Shown here piece by piece: positions 1 through 9,565 of a stretch of 64,000 nucleotides of DNA. Each line of letters starts with the position of its first letter. The stretch's first letter is position 1. The notes beneath the pieces were generated by a model. It was not told the origin of the DNA. It saw only the letters and a program-made list of their open reading frames with translations, and made no database searches. Source of the DNA: Dysosmobacter sp. (lineage in GTDB: Bacteria > Bacillota > Clostridia > Oscillospirales > Oscillospiraceae); assembly GCA_041859815.1 (NCBI GenBank), contig JBFLFX010000001.1, positions 245 to 64,244 on the forward strand, written 5' to 3'. A program made the position numbers and the translations under genes.

Positions 1-786
1 TCGGGCGGAACGCCATCCGAAAATCAGAAAGATCGCGGCGATTCCGGCCGTCACAGCCGCAGTCACGGCGCCCTGCTCCCCAAAGAGATACGCCGCCCGG
101 CTCCAGTTCTGCACCGCAGGCATCAGCGCAAGCACCGCCAGATTATGCACGGCGTGCATCGCCACCGCCGGCAGCAAGCTGCCGGAGCGCTCACAGAGCC
201 ACGCCAAAACCACACCGATGCTCACAAGTTCCACAGTAAACACCGGCAGGCTCCACCAACAGGGCGTTCCTCCCAAGTAAAGGCCGCCCAGAATCAGCGG
301 GTAATGCCACGCTGACCAGGCAAGTCCGCCCAGCAGCAGGCTGCGCCGCAGGCCGTAAAGTCCTTCCAGCGCGGGATAGAGGAAGCCGCGCCAACCGATC
401 TCCTCTCCCAGCGTCCGTAAAAATTCCAGCGCCAGAAGTCCCAGCGCGCCGGCCGTCTGCGCCGGGGTCGGCAAGTGGAACGCCGTAAAACAGGCGGCGG
501 GCATTTGCGCTAGGCATACACCGAAAGACGCGCCAAAATATCCCAGCGGGATCAGCACGCCCGCCAGAAAATACCGCCAGCGGCATTTCTTCAGGCCGAA
601 GCGGAAAGAGATTCCGGGGTACTGACGCGTGACCAGCCAAGCTCCCAGCGCGGGAACCCACATGGCAAAGCAGCTCATAACCGCCCGCACCACGCGGCGC
701 GGATGCACCAGCACCCGCGGCACCGTCAGCAGCGCCGAAGCGCCCAGCGTGTAAAACAGATACCGGCAAACCGCCTTTTTCCACAT
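1..786 (-). CDS. CPBP family intramembrane glutamic endopeptidase (CAAX-protease-like); 3' end runs off the window
   Basis: This ORF is absent from the track because it runs off the left edge. My translation of the minus frame from the ATG at 786-784 gives MWKKAVCRYLFYTL...LGEEIGWRGFLYP...CERSGSLLPAVAMHAVHNLAV. That shows the CPBP motifs EExxxR and HxxxN in a multi-TM protein. The listed ORF 191..784 is a different frame. Confidence 0.7.
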   Translation of the reverse strand, partial: MWKKAVCRYLFYTLGASALLTVPRVLVHPRRVVRAVMSCFAMWVPALGAWLVTRQYPGISFRFGLKKCRWRYFLAGVLIPLGYFGASFGVCLAQMPAACFTAFHLPTPAQTAGALGLLALEFLRTLGEEIGWRGFLYPALEGLYGLRRSLLLGGLAWSAWHYPLILGGLYLGGTPCWWSLPVFTVELVSIGVVLAWLCERSGSLLPAVAMHAVHNLAVLALMPAVQNWSRAAYLFGEQGAVTAAVTAGIAAIFLIFGWRSAR

Positions 787-841
787 GGTCTTGTCCTGCA
801 TTGTATGCCTCCGGCCTGAAAAGCCGCGCCGTTCACTCCGC

Positions 842-1609
842 TCAAATATGAATCTGAAACGTACCGAAATCAAACAGGCCCGCGCCCTGATGCAGATTTC
901 CCTGCCGTTCCAGTGTTGCGAAGCCGTCTGCAATTTCTGCCGTCAGCGTCGCGGGGATGTCCAGGCTGTGATGCCCGGGCAGAATTTTCTTCACCGAAAG
1001 CAGCTGCACCTTCCGCACCGATTCGTAAAATTTCACCGGGTCGGTCGTGGGATAAAACATATCCAGCGTGCCGGCATAGATTAAATCGCCGGTAAACAGC
1101 CAGCCGCGTTCCGCTTCCCACAGGCAAATGTGGCCGGGCGTATGGCCGGGCGTGTGGATGACCCGCAGGCCTCTTCCCCCCAGATCGATCATTTCCCCCT
1201 CCCGCAGAATTTTATTCGCGCCGTCCGCATAAATCCGGTATTTCTTCGGGTCAAAGGACGCGGGAAAATTGCCGCATCCGTCCATGAGGTACTTTTTTAC
1301 CGTTTCCAGCGGCAGCGGGTATTTCCCCGCCAGCCAGTCCGCATCCTTCTGATGTACGGCGATTTCCGAAAAGCAGCCGTGACCGCCGATATGATCCCAG
1401 TGGGCATGGGTGGTGATGACCGTTACCGGAAGGGAAGTCAGTCCCCGCACCACGGCGCCGATGTCCGCAACCCCCATGCCGGAATCGATCAGCGCCGCGC
1501 GCTCCGTGCCGCAGACAAGATAGCAGTGTGTTTCCTCGCGGTGGCGGTACTCACTGATGGCATAATCCGTTCCGCTGATCTTTTCCACTGTAAACCATGT
1601 GTCCGCCAT
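842..1609 (-). CDS. MBL-fold metallo-hydrolase
   Basis: 255-aa ORF with the HxHxDH metal motif (TTHAHWDHIGGHG) and a later HTPGHTPGH. Confidence 0.85.
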   Translation of the reverse strand: MADTWFTVEKISGTDYAISEYRHREETHCYLVCGTERAALIDSGMGVADIGAVVRGLTSLPVTVITTHAHWDHIGGHGCFSEIAVHQKDADWLAGKYPLPLETVKKYLMDGCGNFPASFDPKKYRIYADGANKILREGEMIDLGGRGLRVIHTPGHTPGHICLWEAERGWLFTGDLIYAGTLDMFYPTTDPVKFYESVRKVQLLSVKKILPGHHSLDIPATLTAEIADGFATLERQGNLHQGAGLFDFGTFQIHI

Positions 1610-1623
1610 GACGGTTCCTCCTT

Positions 1624-2322
1624 TTATCCAATCCAGTACGCCCGCCGCGGGGCTTTTGTCAGTCCCAGTTTCCGCTGCAGAGCGGCGGAGGCCGTATTGC
1701 TCGTTTCCACCTGTCCGAAGGGGATCAGCCTGTCTTCCATAAAGCGGCGGATTACGAAGCGCTCCATCGCCGCCGCATAGCCCCTCCGGCGGTACGCCGG
1801 CAAAATTTTCAGAATGCCCATGCTGCCCTCCAGATGGCCGCCCGCGAAGCCAACCATGCTGCCCGCAGCGTCGTGCCCCGCAAAAAGCGCGCGGCGCGCG
1901 GCCACCTGATCCAGCTCCGCCCGGCTTAAAATGTCATAATTTGCGGCGATGCGTTCCGTCTCCGCAGGCGTTGCCTCCGCAATCCGCAGCTCCGTGGGTT
2001 CGGCGGGGCAGGTCCCCTCATAAAGATACTGATCGCATTCTACAATCCACTCCGCGTTCCAGTCCGCTCCCACCTGCGCGGCAGGCACTTCATTCCCCAC
2101 CAGCATCAGGATACCTCCCAGCCGGCGGCGCACCCAGTTCCGCGCCTCCGCGCCGTGGGTGCCGCCCAGCAGGTAAATTCCGCTGACGGTGTCCCGCAGC
2201 AGGACGCCCGCGGGCTCCGCCCGCAGCAATTCACCTGTTCCGCGCCGAAGCACCTGCAGCAGCCCCGCGTTGGAAAGCGGGTCGTCCGCCAGCGCGTGCA
2301 GCGTTTGTTCTGCATTCCACAT
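1624..2322 (-). CDS. GNAT family N-acetyltransferase
   Basis: 232-aa ORF. The C-terminal half has an acetyl-CoA-binding-like segment (LPAYRRRGYAAAMERFVIRR...NTASAALQRKLGL). Confidence 0.7.
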   Translation of the reverse strand: MWNAEQTLHALADDPLSNAGLLQVLRRGTGELLRAEPAGVLLRDTVSGIYLLGGTHGAEARNWVRRRLGGILMLVGNEVPAAQVGADWNAEWIVECDQYLYEGTCPAEPTELRIAEATPAETERIAANYDILSRAELDQVAARRALFAGHDAAGSMVGFAGGHLEGSMGILKILPAYRRRGYAAAMERFVIRRFMEDRLIPFGQVETSNTASAALQRKLGLTKAPRRAYWIG

Positions 2323-2338
2323 AAGTTTTTCCCCCTCT

Positions 2339-2884
2339 TTACAGACTGCGCACCATCAGATACAGCGTCTGCCAGCTTCCGTCCCGCAGCAGGCAGGCGC
2401 GTTCCAACGTACCGTAAGTCCGGAAGCCGAATTTCCGGTAGAGCGCCGCGCCGCGTTCGTTGCCGGACACCACGTCCAGTTCTATCTGCCGATAACCCGC
2501 CTGCCGTGCGGAATCCAGAATCCCCTCCAAAATGGCCGATCCGATCCCCTGTCCCCAGTATGCCCGCTGAACGGAAATGCCGAAATCGGCGCGGTGACGC
2601 GCCTTTTCGCAGGGAAGCACCGGGCTGAAACCGGCATTTGCCACCAGTTTTCCGTCAATCTCCCCGGCAATCATGATCTCATTGGGGCTGGCCGCCATCC
2701 GTTCCAGCAGGGCGCGCTCGTCCTTCACAGACAGCGTAATCTCATCCGGATAACGCAGCATATAATCCGTATCGCCGGAGGTCAGCCGCATATGCGCCAA
2801 AATTTCCTCCGCGTCTTTTGCCGCAGGGGTTCGCAGGATACACGTTTTCCCTGTTTTCGTCCGAATTTTCCGGTAATACCGCAT
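2339..2884 (-). CDS. GNAT family N-acetyltransferase (RimJ/RimL-like)
   Basis: The ORF 2339..3031 is trimmed to the internal ATG (MRYYRKIRTKTGK...). It has the GNAT core VQRAYWGQGIGSAILEGILDSARQAGYRQIELDVVSGNERGAALYRKFGF. Confidence 0.8.
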   Translation of the reverse strand: MRYYRKIRTKTGKTCILRTPAAKDAEEILAHMRLTSGDTDYMLRYPDEITLSVKDERALLERMAASPNEIMIAGEIDGKLVANAGFSPVLPCEKARHRADFGISVQRAYWGQGIGSAILEGILDSARQAGYRQIELDVVSGNERGAALYRKFGFRTYGTLERACLLRDGSWQTLYLMVRSL

Positions 2885-3152
2885 TGCTCTCCTCCGTATG
2901 CCGCAGCGGCGGCCGCTTGAGATGGCTTCTCTCCCCGCACGCATTCCGCGCGCAGCGCCGTAACCCGGAACGGGAACCCCTCCCTGCGCCGCTTTATTCG
3001 TCTTTGCGGCAGAACAGCCGCGCTCTTCCAAACGCCTTTTCCAAATCCGCCCCGTTTCTTTTTATTTATGGTAGCACATCCGCACCCGCCTGTCCATTGC
3101 CGGCCGCATGGAAAACGGACGTTCCGGCCGAAAGTCCGGAGCGCCCGCAGAG

Positions 3153-4286
3153 CTATCCGTCAATACGGATATTGACACCGTTGACCTCGACGCCCTCCTC
3201 GGCGCAGATCAAAATGTATTTCGTACCGTTGATCACCCGGGTCTCAATCAAATCACTGCGCTCCGGGCTGACGCGGATGACCACGTCCGGCGTGCGGATC
3301 TCCATCTGCCTGGTATCCACCAGATTCTGGGGACTGATGGCGGAGTCCGTGCCGAAAGACTCGCCGCAGCGATCCTCAAACGCCTCGGCACGCTCCGGTG
3401 AAACGCCGCAGGATTCCAGCACCGTCCGCATCTCCCGGGCCGTCACCGCAGGCGGGTCGGAATCTCTGTCCTCCTTGTGTTCCTCGATGCGGCGGGTCAT
3501 CTGGTCGCTGACGCCCTGCACCACGTCGTAGCGGCACTCCTCCGCCAGCGTCTCCTCCAGCGCGGTCCGGAATGTCTCCTGCTGCGCGGCGGCAGGCATG
3601 GGAATCTCCGAATGGAACACCGCGTCGGCAAATTCCCGGTGGTTTTCCCTGACATCGCGGCAATAGTATAAGGCGTTGTAGAGATTGGATGCACGTCCGT
3701 CAAAGGCTGGGAACAAAAATCCCAGCTCCGGCGCGGACACCACCCAGCCGCCGTCCCGGTTATGAAAAATACTGTCGGAGAAATCGTAGCTCAGGACGGG
3801 CTTGACGCCTTTCACGGGGCAAATGCTGCATACAAGATAAGAATAAACCTCCGACGAGGCATCGTCCATGCGCTGGCCGTCCCTGGCGCGGTACGGCACA
3901 TCGTAAGTGTCGTGGGCCAGCAAAATCACATAGTTTCCCTCCACGGTCAGGTTCTGGATTACCCGATTGTAAAACGCCTTGACCGCGTCCGCATCCCGCA
4001 GGTCGGAGTCCCGCAGCGCCATCAAAAGCCGATGTTCCTCGTCTTCCGCCACCTGGCGGGTGGCAAATCCCACGTCGATGAGGTTCTTCCCCACCGTGCC
4101 GGACAGCGTCCGCTTGAACAGCGCCAGGTAGGCCTCCGTCTCCTCCGCCGAGAGGCGCAGCACGGGCTGATCAAACTGGGAGATCACTTCCCGTTTTTCA
4201 TTGACATAACAGCCGCAGATGTGGCTGACGGTATTCTTCTCCGGGCGAAGCCGGCGGCGGATTTCCCCGATTTCCTTTTCGTTCAT
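3153..4286 (-). CDS. conserved clostridial hypothetical protein (DUF4317-like, from memory)
   Basis: The ORF 3153..4556 is trimmed to the ATG at 4286, which is preceded by GGAGGAG. The N-terminus MNEKEIGEIRRRLRPEKNTVSHICGCYVNEKREV resembles the DUF4317 family start as I recall it. Confidence 0.65.
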   Translation of the reverse strand: MNEKEIGEIRRRLRPEKNTVSHICGCYVNEKREVISQFDQPVLRLSAEETEAYLALFKRTLSGTVGKNLIDVGFATRQVAEDEEHRLLMALRDSDLRDADAVKAFYNRVIQNLTVEGNYVILLAHDTYDVPYRARDGQRMDDASSEVYSYLVCSICPVKGVKPVLSYDFSDSIFHNRDGGWVVSAPELGFLFPAFDGRASNLYNALYYCRDVRENHREFADAVFHSEIPMPAAAQQETFRTALEETLAEECRYDVVQGVSDQMTRRIEEHKEDRDSDPPAVTAREMRTVLESCGVSPERAEAFEDRCGESFGTDSAISPQNLVDTRQMEIRTPDVVIRVSPERSDLIETRVINGTKYILICAEEGVEVNGVNIRIDG

Positions 4287-4390
4287 AGCGTCTCCTCCGT
4301 ATGTTGAAGTCGTTGCCGCGCCGCTTTTTTCAGCGCGCCGGCGAACGCCATTATAGCACAGCGGCTTTGTCCGCGCCAGAAAAAACGATG

Positions 4391-4413
4391 GACGCGCCAG
4401 AAAAAGGCGCGTC
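4391..4413 (-). terminator. hairpin plus T-run on the minus strand
   Basis: gacgcgcc-agaaaaa-ggcgcgtc forms an 8-bp stem. On the minus strand it is followed by catcgttttttc. Confidence 0.4.
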
Positions 4414-4426
4414 CGTAAAGCGGATT

Positions 4427-4609
4427 TTATCTTCGGTTGGATTTTCTCCAGATTTTCTGTTCCTCCGCCGCGCGGATCAGCCCCTCCCGGAAGTCGGGAT
4501 GGGCAATGGAAATCATTTTCTCCGCCCGCTGCCAGGTGGGCAGGCCGGACAGGCATACCGCCAGCAGTATCGCAGAGCGCGCTGACAGCCGTTTTGCCTG
4601 AAAGCGCGG
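4427..4609 (-). pseudogene. C-terminal remnant of an acetyl-CoA hydrolase / CoA-transferase family gene
   Basis: A 61-codon open minus frame ends ...[39 protein letters not shown]. The IAHPDFRE.L motif is typical of the C-terminus of 4-hydroxybutyrate / butyryl-CoA:acetate CoA-transferases. An upstream in-frame TAG is present and no N-terminal part exists. Confidence 0.4.
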
Positions 4610-4734
4610 CTATTCAGTTCAGATTGACGATGGTCAGTTTATAAAAGCAGGCGTAAACCGCTGAACCGCAAACCGCCCAAATTGCAACGGCACGGTTCGG
4701 AATCCCCATCCTATCTTGCTGTGATTGCAAAAAA

Positions 4735-4766
4735 GGCTCGCGCCCGGTAGGACGCGAGCCTTTTTT
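4735..4766. terminator. bidirectional intrinsic terminator
   Basis: ggctcgcg-cccggtagga-cgcgagcc is flanked by an A-run and a T-run. It lies directly downstream of the minus-strand ABC gene. Confidence 0.7.
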
Positions 4767-4780
4767 GCGGGAACGGAACG

Positions 4781-7504
4781 CTATTCTGTCCGCAGCGCAA
4801 CCACCGGGTCTTTTTTTGCCGCCTTCCGGGCGGGAATCAGGCCGCCCAGCAGGGTCAGCCCCACGCTGAGAGCAATGAGAATCAGCGCGTCTCTCACCGG
4901 AAGCACCGCGGTAATATTGGCAGATTTTGTCAGAGAGCGGATCAGCGCGTTGCCGGGAACCAGCAAAATCAGGGCGGCCCCGATGCCGATGGCGCCGGAG
5001 CAGAGTCCGATGATAAACGTCTCCGCGTTGAATACCTGCGAGATATTCCGTTTGGAGGCGCCGAGGGCGCGCAGAATACCGATTTCCTTGGTGCGCTCCA
5101 GCACGGAAATATAGGTGATAATGCCAATCATGATGGAGGAAACCACCAGCGACAGCGCCACAAACGCAATCAGCACATAGGAGATCACATTGACAATCTT
5201 TTCCACGGAACTGGTCAGCAGCGCCACGTAGTCGGTATAGCTGATTTTATCCGCGTCCGCCGCGGATTTGTTATAGTCCTTAATGCAGGCCGCAATGGCA
5301 TTCTTGCTGTCAAAGCTGTCCGCGTAAATGCTGACGGAGGACGGCGTGCCGCGATCCACCGCGCCGAAGGCCGCCAGATTGTCGGCGTAGCTGCCCGGCG
5401 TGATGCTGGTTTTATAGATGGTGAGCAGCACCCTGTCCGAAGGATGCTTCAGGTAGCTGTCCAGCATGGCGGCCAGCGTGCTCTCATCCGCCTGCTCCAG
5501 CGCGGCAAGGCGCTGCGGCTGATTGGCGTACTGGCTCTGGGCAATGGAGCGGAACATCTCCGCCTTGTCGGAAATGCCCAGGTTGGAGAGATACCGCCTG
5601 GCGTCGGCAATCTTCGCGGCGTCGTTGGCCGGCTCAAAGGTCATGCCGTTGAGAACGCTGACCTTTGGGCTCTTTTTTTGTGCCAGCACCACGGCGCTGG
5701 CATCCGCCCGGTCAATGAGGTAGTTGGTCAGCAGACGGGTATATGCCAGCGGCGTGGAAATGGAGGCGGTTCCGTCATCCCCTTTCGGGCGGATTACGCC
5801 GGAAATCCGCAGTTTGACCGCACCTTTCAGCAGCGTCTCCGTTTTTGCCGCATCCGTGGCCGCCGATTCAAAATTTCCGCTGCTGTTTTTTTGATAGGTA
5901 TCGCAGGCAGGCAGCAGCTCCAGCGTCTGGGCGCACAAGGTGCGGTAACTCCATTTTCTCTCTTTCAGCGTTACCTTTTCGCCCGCGTCCAGCTTTTCCA
6001 TCAGCCGGCGATATTCGGAAGTCGGCAGGATTCCCAGTTCATACAGGGTTTTGGTGGAGATTTCGTTGTTTTTGTCCAGTACCAGAACCACTTCGTTGTA
6101 CTTCTCCGGCCACGTGCCGTAGAGCAGCTTGTAGTTGTCCGTCACGGCGGCGCTGACCGTCTTTCCCCTCACGCCGGGCAGCAGCTCCTGCATTCCGCCG
6201 GAGGAAGCCGATGTTCCCAGCATGGCGTTCCGTACGGCGTGCATTCCGCCTTTCGCGGAATTTCCGGAACTGTCCGACGTACCGTCCAGCGTGCTGCCGT
6301 CCGTGTTCACCAACGTTCCCTCGCTGTCGTGGGTATAGACGCTGAACGCGGTATCGTAGGAGTACACAATGCCGTTCACGCCTACATACCGGCGGATCTT
6401 ACTGCTGGGATTGTCCAGATACTTTTTAAACGCCGTGAGATTGTTCTTTTTCGTGTTGACGGATACGCCGGAAGCGCTTTTCAAATCCTGCCCCGTGGCG
6501 TACACGCCGTTCAGGCCGTGGCTCGTCTTTTTCGTCTGCGCCGCTCCTCCGGCCATCAGGCCGCTCACCTCCGTCGTCTCCGATTCAATGGTAATCGGGT
6601 AAGAGGTCATGGTACTTTTCTGAATATCGGCAATATAGTCGTTCACGCCCGTGGACAGCGCCAGAATCAGCGCGATGCCGATGATGCCGATGGAACCGGC
6701 AAAGGCCGTCAGCAGCGTACGCCCCTTCTTTGTCCGCAAATTGTTAAAACTGAGGGACAGCGACGTGCCGAAGGACATAGAGGCCCTCCCCATGGTGCGG
6801 TGTTCCGCGGGCCGTTCGTTTTCCACGGCGAACGGCGCGAAGTCGCCCGTAACCCTGCCGTCCCGGAGCCGCACGATACGGGTGGCGTAGTGTTCCGCCA
6901 ATTCCGGGTTGTGCGTCACCATCACCACCAGGCGATCCTTCGCCACCTCTTTGAGCAAATCCATCACCTGCACGCTGGTTTCCGTGTCCAACGCGCCGGT
7001 GGGTTCGTCCGCCAGCAGAATGTCCGGGTTGTTGACCAGCGCCCGGGCAATCGCCACCCGCTGCATCTGTCCGCCGGACATCTGGTTGGGCTTTTTATGG
7101 ATCTGGCTGCCCAGCCCCACCTTTTCCAGCGCCTGCACCGCAAGACGGCGGCGCTCTCTGCGCCGGATGCCGGAGATGGTCAGCGCCAGCTCCACATTCG
7201 CCAGGACCGTCTGGTGCGGAATGAGGTTATAGCTCTGGAACACAAACCCCACCGTGTGGTTACGGTAGGAATCCCAGTCCCGATCCCTGTACTTCTTCGT
7301 GGAAATTCCATTGATAATCAAATCGCCGCTGTCGTAGCGATCCAGTCCGCCGATCATATTCAGCAGCGTGGTTTTGCCCGATCCGCTGGGGCCGAGAACG
7401 GCGACGAACTCGCTGTCCCGGAGGTTCAGGCTGACTCCGTCCAGCGCCGTCTGTTTCAGATCGCCCGTTACATAGGTTTTGCTGATTTGCTGAATCTGCA
7501 GCAT
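4781..7504 (-). CDS. fused ABC transporter ATP-binding protein / FtsX-type permease (MacB-like)
   Basis: 907 aa. The N-terminal ATPase has GPSGSGKTT, LSGGQ-like MSGGQMQRVAIARAL and LLADEPTGALD. A long periplasmic-type middle region follows, then a C-terminal FtsX helix bundle. Confidence 0.9.
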   Translation of the reverse strand: MLQIQQISKTYVTGDLKQTALDGVSLNLRDSEFVAVLGPSGSGKTTLLNMIGGLDRYDSGDLIINGISTKKYRDRDWDSYRNHTVGFVFQSYNLIPHQTVLANVELALTISGIRRRERRRLAVQALEKVGLGSQIHKKPNQMSGGQMQRVAIARALVNNPDILLADEPTGALDTETSVQVMDLLKEVAKDRLVVMVTHNPELAEHYATRIVRLRDGRVTGDFAPFAVENERPAEHRTMGRASMSFGTSLSLSFNNLRTKKGRTLLTAFAGSIGIIGIALILALSTGVNDYIADIQKSTMTSYPITIESETTEVSGLMAGGAAQTKKTSHGLNGVYATGQDLKSASGVSVNTKKNNLTAFKKYLDNPSSKIRRYVGVNGIVYSYDTAFSVYTHDSEGTLVNTDGSTLDGTSDSSGNSAKGGMHAVRNAMLGTSASSGGMQELLPGVRGKTVSAAVTDNYKLLYGTWPEKYNEVVLVLDKNNEISTKTLYELGILPTSEYRRLMEKLDAGEKVTLKERKWSYRTLCAQTLELLPACDTYQKNSSGNFESAATDAAKTETLLKGAVKLRISGVIRPKGDDGTASISTPLAYTRLLTNYLIDRADASAVVLAQKKSPKVSVLNGMTFEPANDAAKIADARRYLSNLGISDKAEMFRSIAQSQYANQPQRLAALEQADESTLAAMLDSYLKHPSDRVLLTIYKTSITPGSYADNLAAFGAVDRGTPSSVSIYADSFDSKNAIAACIKDYNKSAADADKISYTDYVALLTSSVEKIVNVISYVLIAFVALSLVVSSIMIGIITYISVLERTKEIGILRALGASKRNISQVFNAETFIIGLCSGAIGIGAALILLVPGNALIRSLTKSANITAVLPVRDALILIALSVGLTLLGGLIPARKAAKKDPVVALRTE

Positions 7505-7616
7505 GGCTTCTCTCCTTCCCGGCTTCCGCCGTACGTCTTCGGCTGTTCTTCCTGTGTGTAAAATTCAGTATGGATCAGCCGGTTCCGGATTGCAAACGTT
7601 TTTCACGGAAACGATC

Positions 7617-9422
7617 TCAGGCCTCCGCTTTGCCGGCAAGGCGGAGCTGATACCGCTGCAGCGCCACGGAAAGAGAGATCTTTCGCTCCCCGCCGTCGGT
7701 AAACTGCAGCATAGCAATGTCACCCTGCCGGACGGCAATCTCGCCTAATCCGAACCGCCGATGCACCACCCTCAGCCCCGGAACATAAGGCGCGGTATCT
7801 TTAGGCGGCCCGGAACGGATGGCGCGGGCGCCGGGTTTCGGCGCCGGGCGCGCCGGCGCCCGCTTCGATTTCTCTTGCGGAAACAGGAAGGAGGGAAACG
7901 AGGAGGCCAGCTCCTCCCGCCGAAACCGGAACACAGAAAGCTGCCGCTTTGCCCGGGTCATGCCCATATAAAACAGCCTTCGTTCCTCCCCCAATGCAGC
8001 GTGTTCCTCCGGCGCGGCGTCCGGCCCCGGCAGCACCTTGGACAGAATACCGTCCGCCACGTCCGCCAAGATCACACGATCGTATTCCAGCCCCTTGCTG
8101 GAGTGAATGGTGGAGAGAATCAGATCGCTGTCGGGGTCCGCCGTGCCGCCCTTCACGATACCGCGCAGCTCTTCCAGACGCGCCAGCAGCCGCTCCGGCG
8201 TGGATTTCTCTGCGCCCAGCGCCTCCAGAATCTGCACCCTGCTCCTATCCGCACTGCGGCTCTCCAGATATTCCCCGTAGCCCATGAAATACACAATCCG
8301 GTAAACCGCCCTGTCCGCCTGTTCGTCCAGCAAATTGGTCAGGTGGGTGTGCAGCGCCCGGCAGCGCTGCTTCGTCCATGCGGAGCATTCCGCCAGCTTT
8401 GACAGAACCGGCAGAATCGGCTTCTCCGTCCGGGGGCTCAAGGCAGCGGCTTTCTCCGCCGCGGCTTTGCTGATGCCGGAACTGAATTTGTAATAAATCC
8501 GCAGGAAGAGATCCCCGTCCGTGCCGCCGCGGGCAAAGCGGATGATATTCGCCACGTCCCGCACCGTCCGATTCGTGAAAAAGCCGCCGTCCGTCCGGCG
8601 GCAGCGGTAGCCAATGCCCCGGCGGTTCAGCAGGTCGATGGCCGGCAGGGCGCTGTCGTTGTCCCGGTACAGCACCGCCGTCTGCGCCCGGCGGTCGTAA
8701 ACGGAAAGCTCCTCCACCGCCGGGCTGTCGCCGCGGGTGGGCTGAATGTGCTTGCGATGCCGCTCCCGGTTCTGCTGGATAAAGCGATCCGCCGCCTGCA
8801 CAATCTGCCGGGTAGAGCGGTAATCCCGCTCCATCAGCAGCACTTTCTCACCGGGATAAGCCTTTTCAAAGGATGTCAGCGCCGCCGGATCCGCGGCGCG
8901 AAAGCCGTAAATGCTCTGATCCTCGTCGCCCACCATAAAAAGATTCCGCCCGGTCAGCAGGCGGAGGATGCCGTGCTGAATTTTGGAGGTATCCTGCGCC
9001 TCGTCCACGCAGAGATACGGATATTTTTGCCGGAACGACCGCAAAATTTCCGGGCAGCGGCGGAGAATCCGATCCGCGTAAATCATCTGATCGTCATAAT
9101 CCATCAACCGCCCAACCGCCGCAGGGATGTTCTGTTCCGTCACGCCGACGTATTTTTCAAGCGCTTCCCGTCCCCGTTCCATCTCCTCCAGCAGCGCGTT
9201 CAGCACTGCCGCCGGATGTGCGGAACCGGTATAGAGCCCCGTGGTTTGCAGATAGCAATCCTTTGGAATTGTAAAATAGCTCAACACGCCGGTGAGACGG
9301 CCTTCTTCAAAATATCCCAGCAAACCGCAGTCGTCTTGCCATGCGCATCTCTCAAACTCCCGCAAAGGCCGGGATTCCGTGGGGTAAAGCGGATAACTCC
9401 GCATTCTCGAATCGCCGCACAA
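7617..9422 (-). CDS. UvrD/PcrA-family helicase-like protein lacking the Walker A region (possibly a pseudogene)
   Basis: Helicase motifs II (CVDEAQDTS), III (VGDEDQSIYGFRAA), V/VI (STIHSSKGLEYD, RRLFYMGMTRAK) and a C-terminal VHRRFGLGEI tail are present. No GxGKT/S motif is present. The first ~100 aa are unrelated, and no SD precedes either candidate start. Confidence 0.7.
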   Translation of the reverse strand: MCGDSRMRSYPLYPTESRPLREFERCAWQDDCGLLGYFEEGRLTGVLSYFTIPKDCYLQTTGLYTGSAHPAAVLNALLEEMERGREALEKYVGVTEQNIPAAVGRLMDYDDQMIYADRILRRCPEILRSFRQKYPYLCVDEAQDTSKIQHGILRLLTGRNLFMVGDEDQSIYGFRAADPAALTSFEKAYPGEKVLLMERDYRSTRQIVQAADRFIQQNRERHRKHIQPTRGDSPAVEELSVYDRRAQTAVLYRDNDSALPAIDLLNRRGIGYRCRRTDGGFFTNRTVRDVANIIRFARGGTDGDLFLRIYYKFSSGISKAAAEKAAALSPRTEKPILPVLSKLAECSAWTKQRCRALHTHLTNLLDEQADRAVYRIVYFMGYGEYLESRSADRSRVQILEALGAEKSTPERLLARLEELRGIVKGGTADPDSDLILSTIHSSKGLEYDRVILADVADGILSKVLPGPDAAPEEHAALGEERRLFYMGMTRAKRQLSVFRFRREELASSFPSFLFPQEKSKRAPARPAPKPGARAIRSGPPKDTAPYVPGLRVVHRRFGLGEIAVRQGDIAMLQFTDGGERKISLSVALQRYQLRLAGKAEA

Positions 9423-9565
9423 CGCTCACGCAAGCTTTGACGCTGTTGCAGTCTCAGATTTTTGTAGTTTTCTGATCATTACATTTCCCTTTGCGTCCGC
9501 TGAAACCGTTCCATTCATGATTTCCGGACACTTCTCCCGTATCAATCCGCGTCCCCGGCAAAGGC

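Noticed and set aside
191-784. Listed 197-aa minus-strand ORF (MEKGGLPVSVLHAGRFG...).
   Set aside because: It is Ala/Gly/Arg-rich with no motifs. A different minus frame over the same DNA gives a clean CPBP protease with EExxxR and HxxxN motifs and a proper ATG at 786.
3153-4556. The 90-codon N-terminal extension of the DUF4317-like ORF, and the similar upstream extensions of ORFs at 2339..3031, 15849.., 20458.., 25419.. and 29534...
   Set aside because: The extensions are low-complexity and overlap upstream genes or terminators. Internal ATG/GTG codons with good SDs give N-termini typical of the families.
5444-7561. 705-aa plus-strand ORF antisense to the MacB-like ABC gene. Similar long antisense or alternative-frame ORFs lie at 12937..14949, 15921..17300, 17399..18580, 18796..19680, 11974..12852, 27801..28427, 54993..55664 and 48335..48931.
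   Set aside because: These are typical high-GC shadow ORFs. They are Arg/Gly/Ala/His-rich, lack motifs and SDs, and each lies opposite a gene with unambiguous family signatures.
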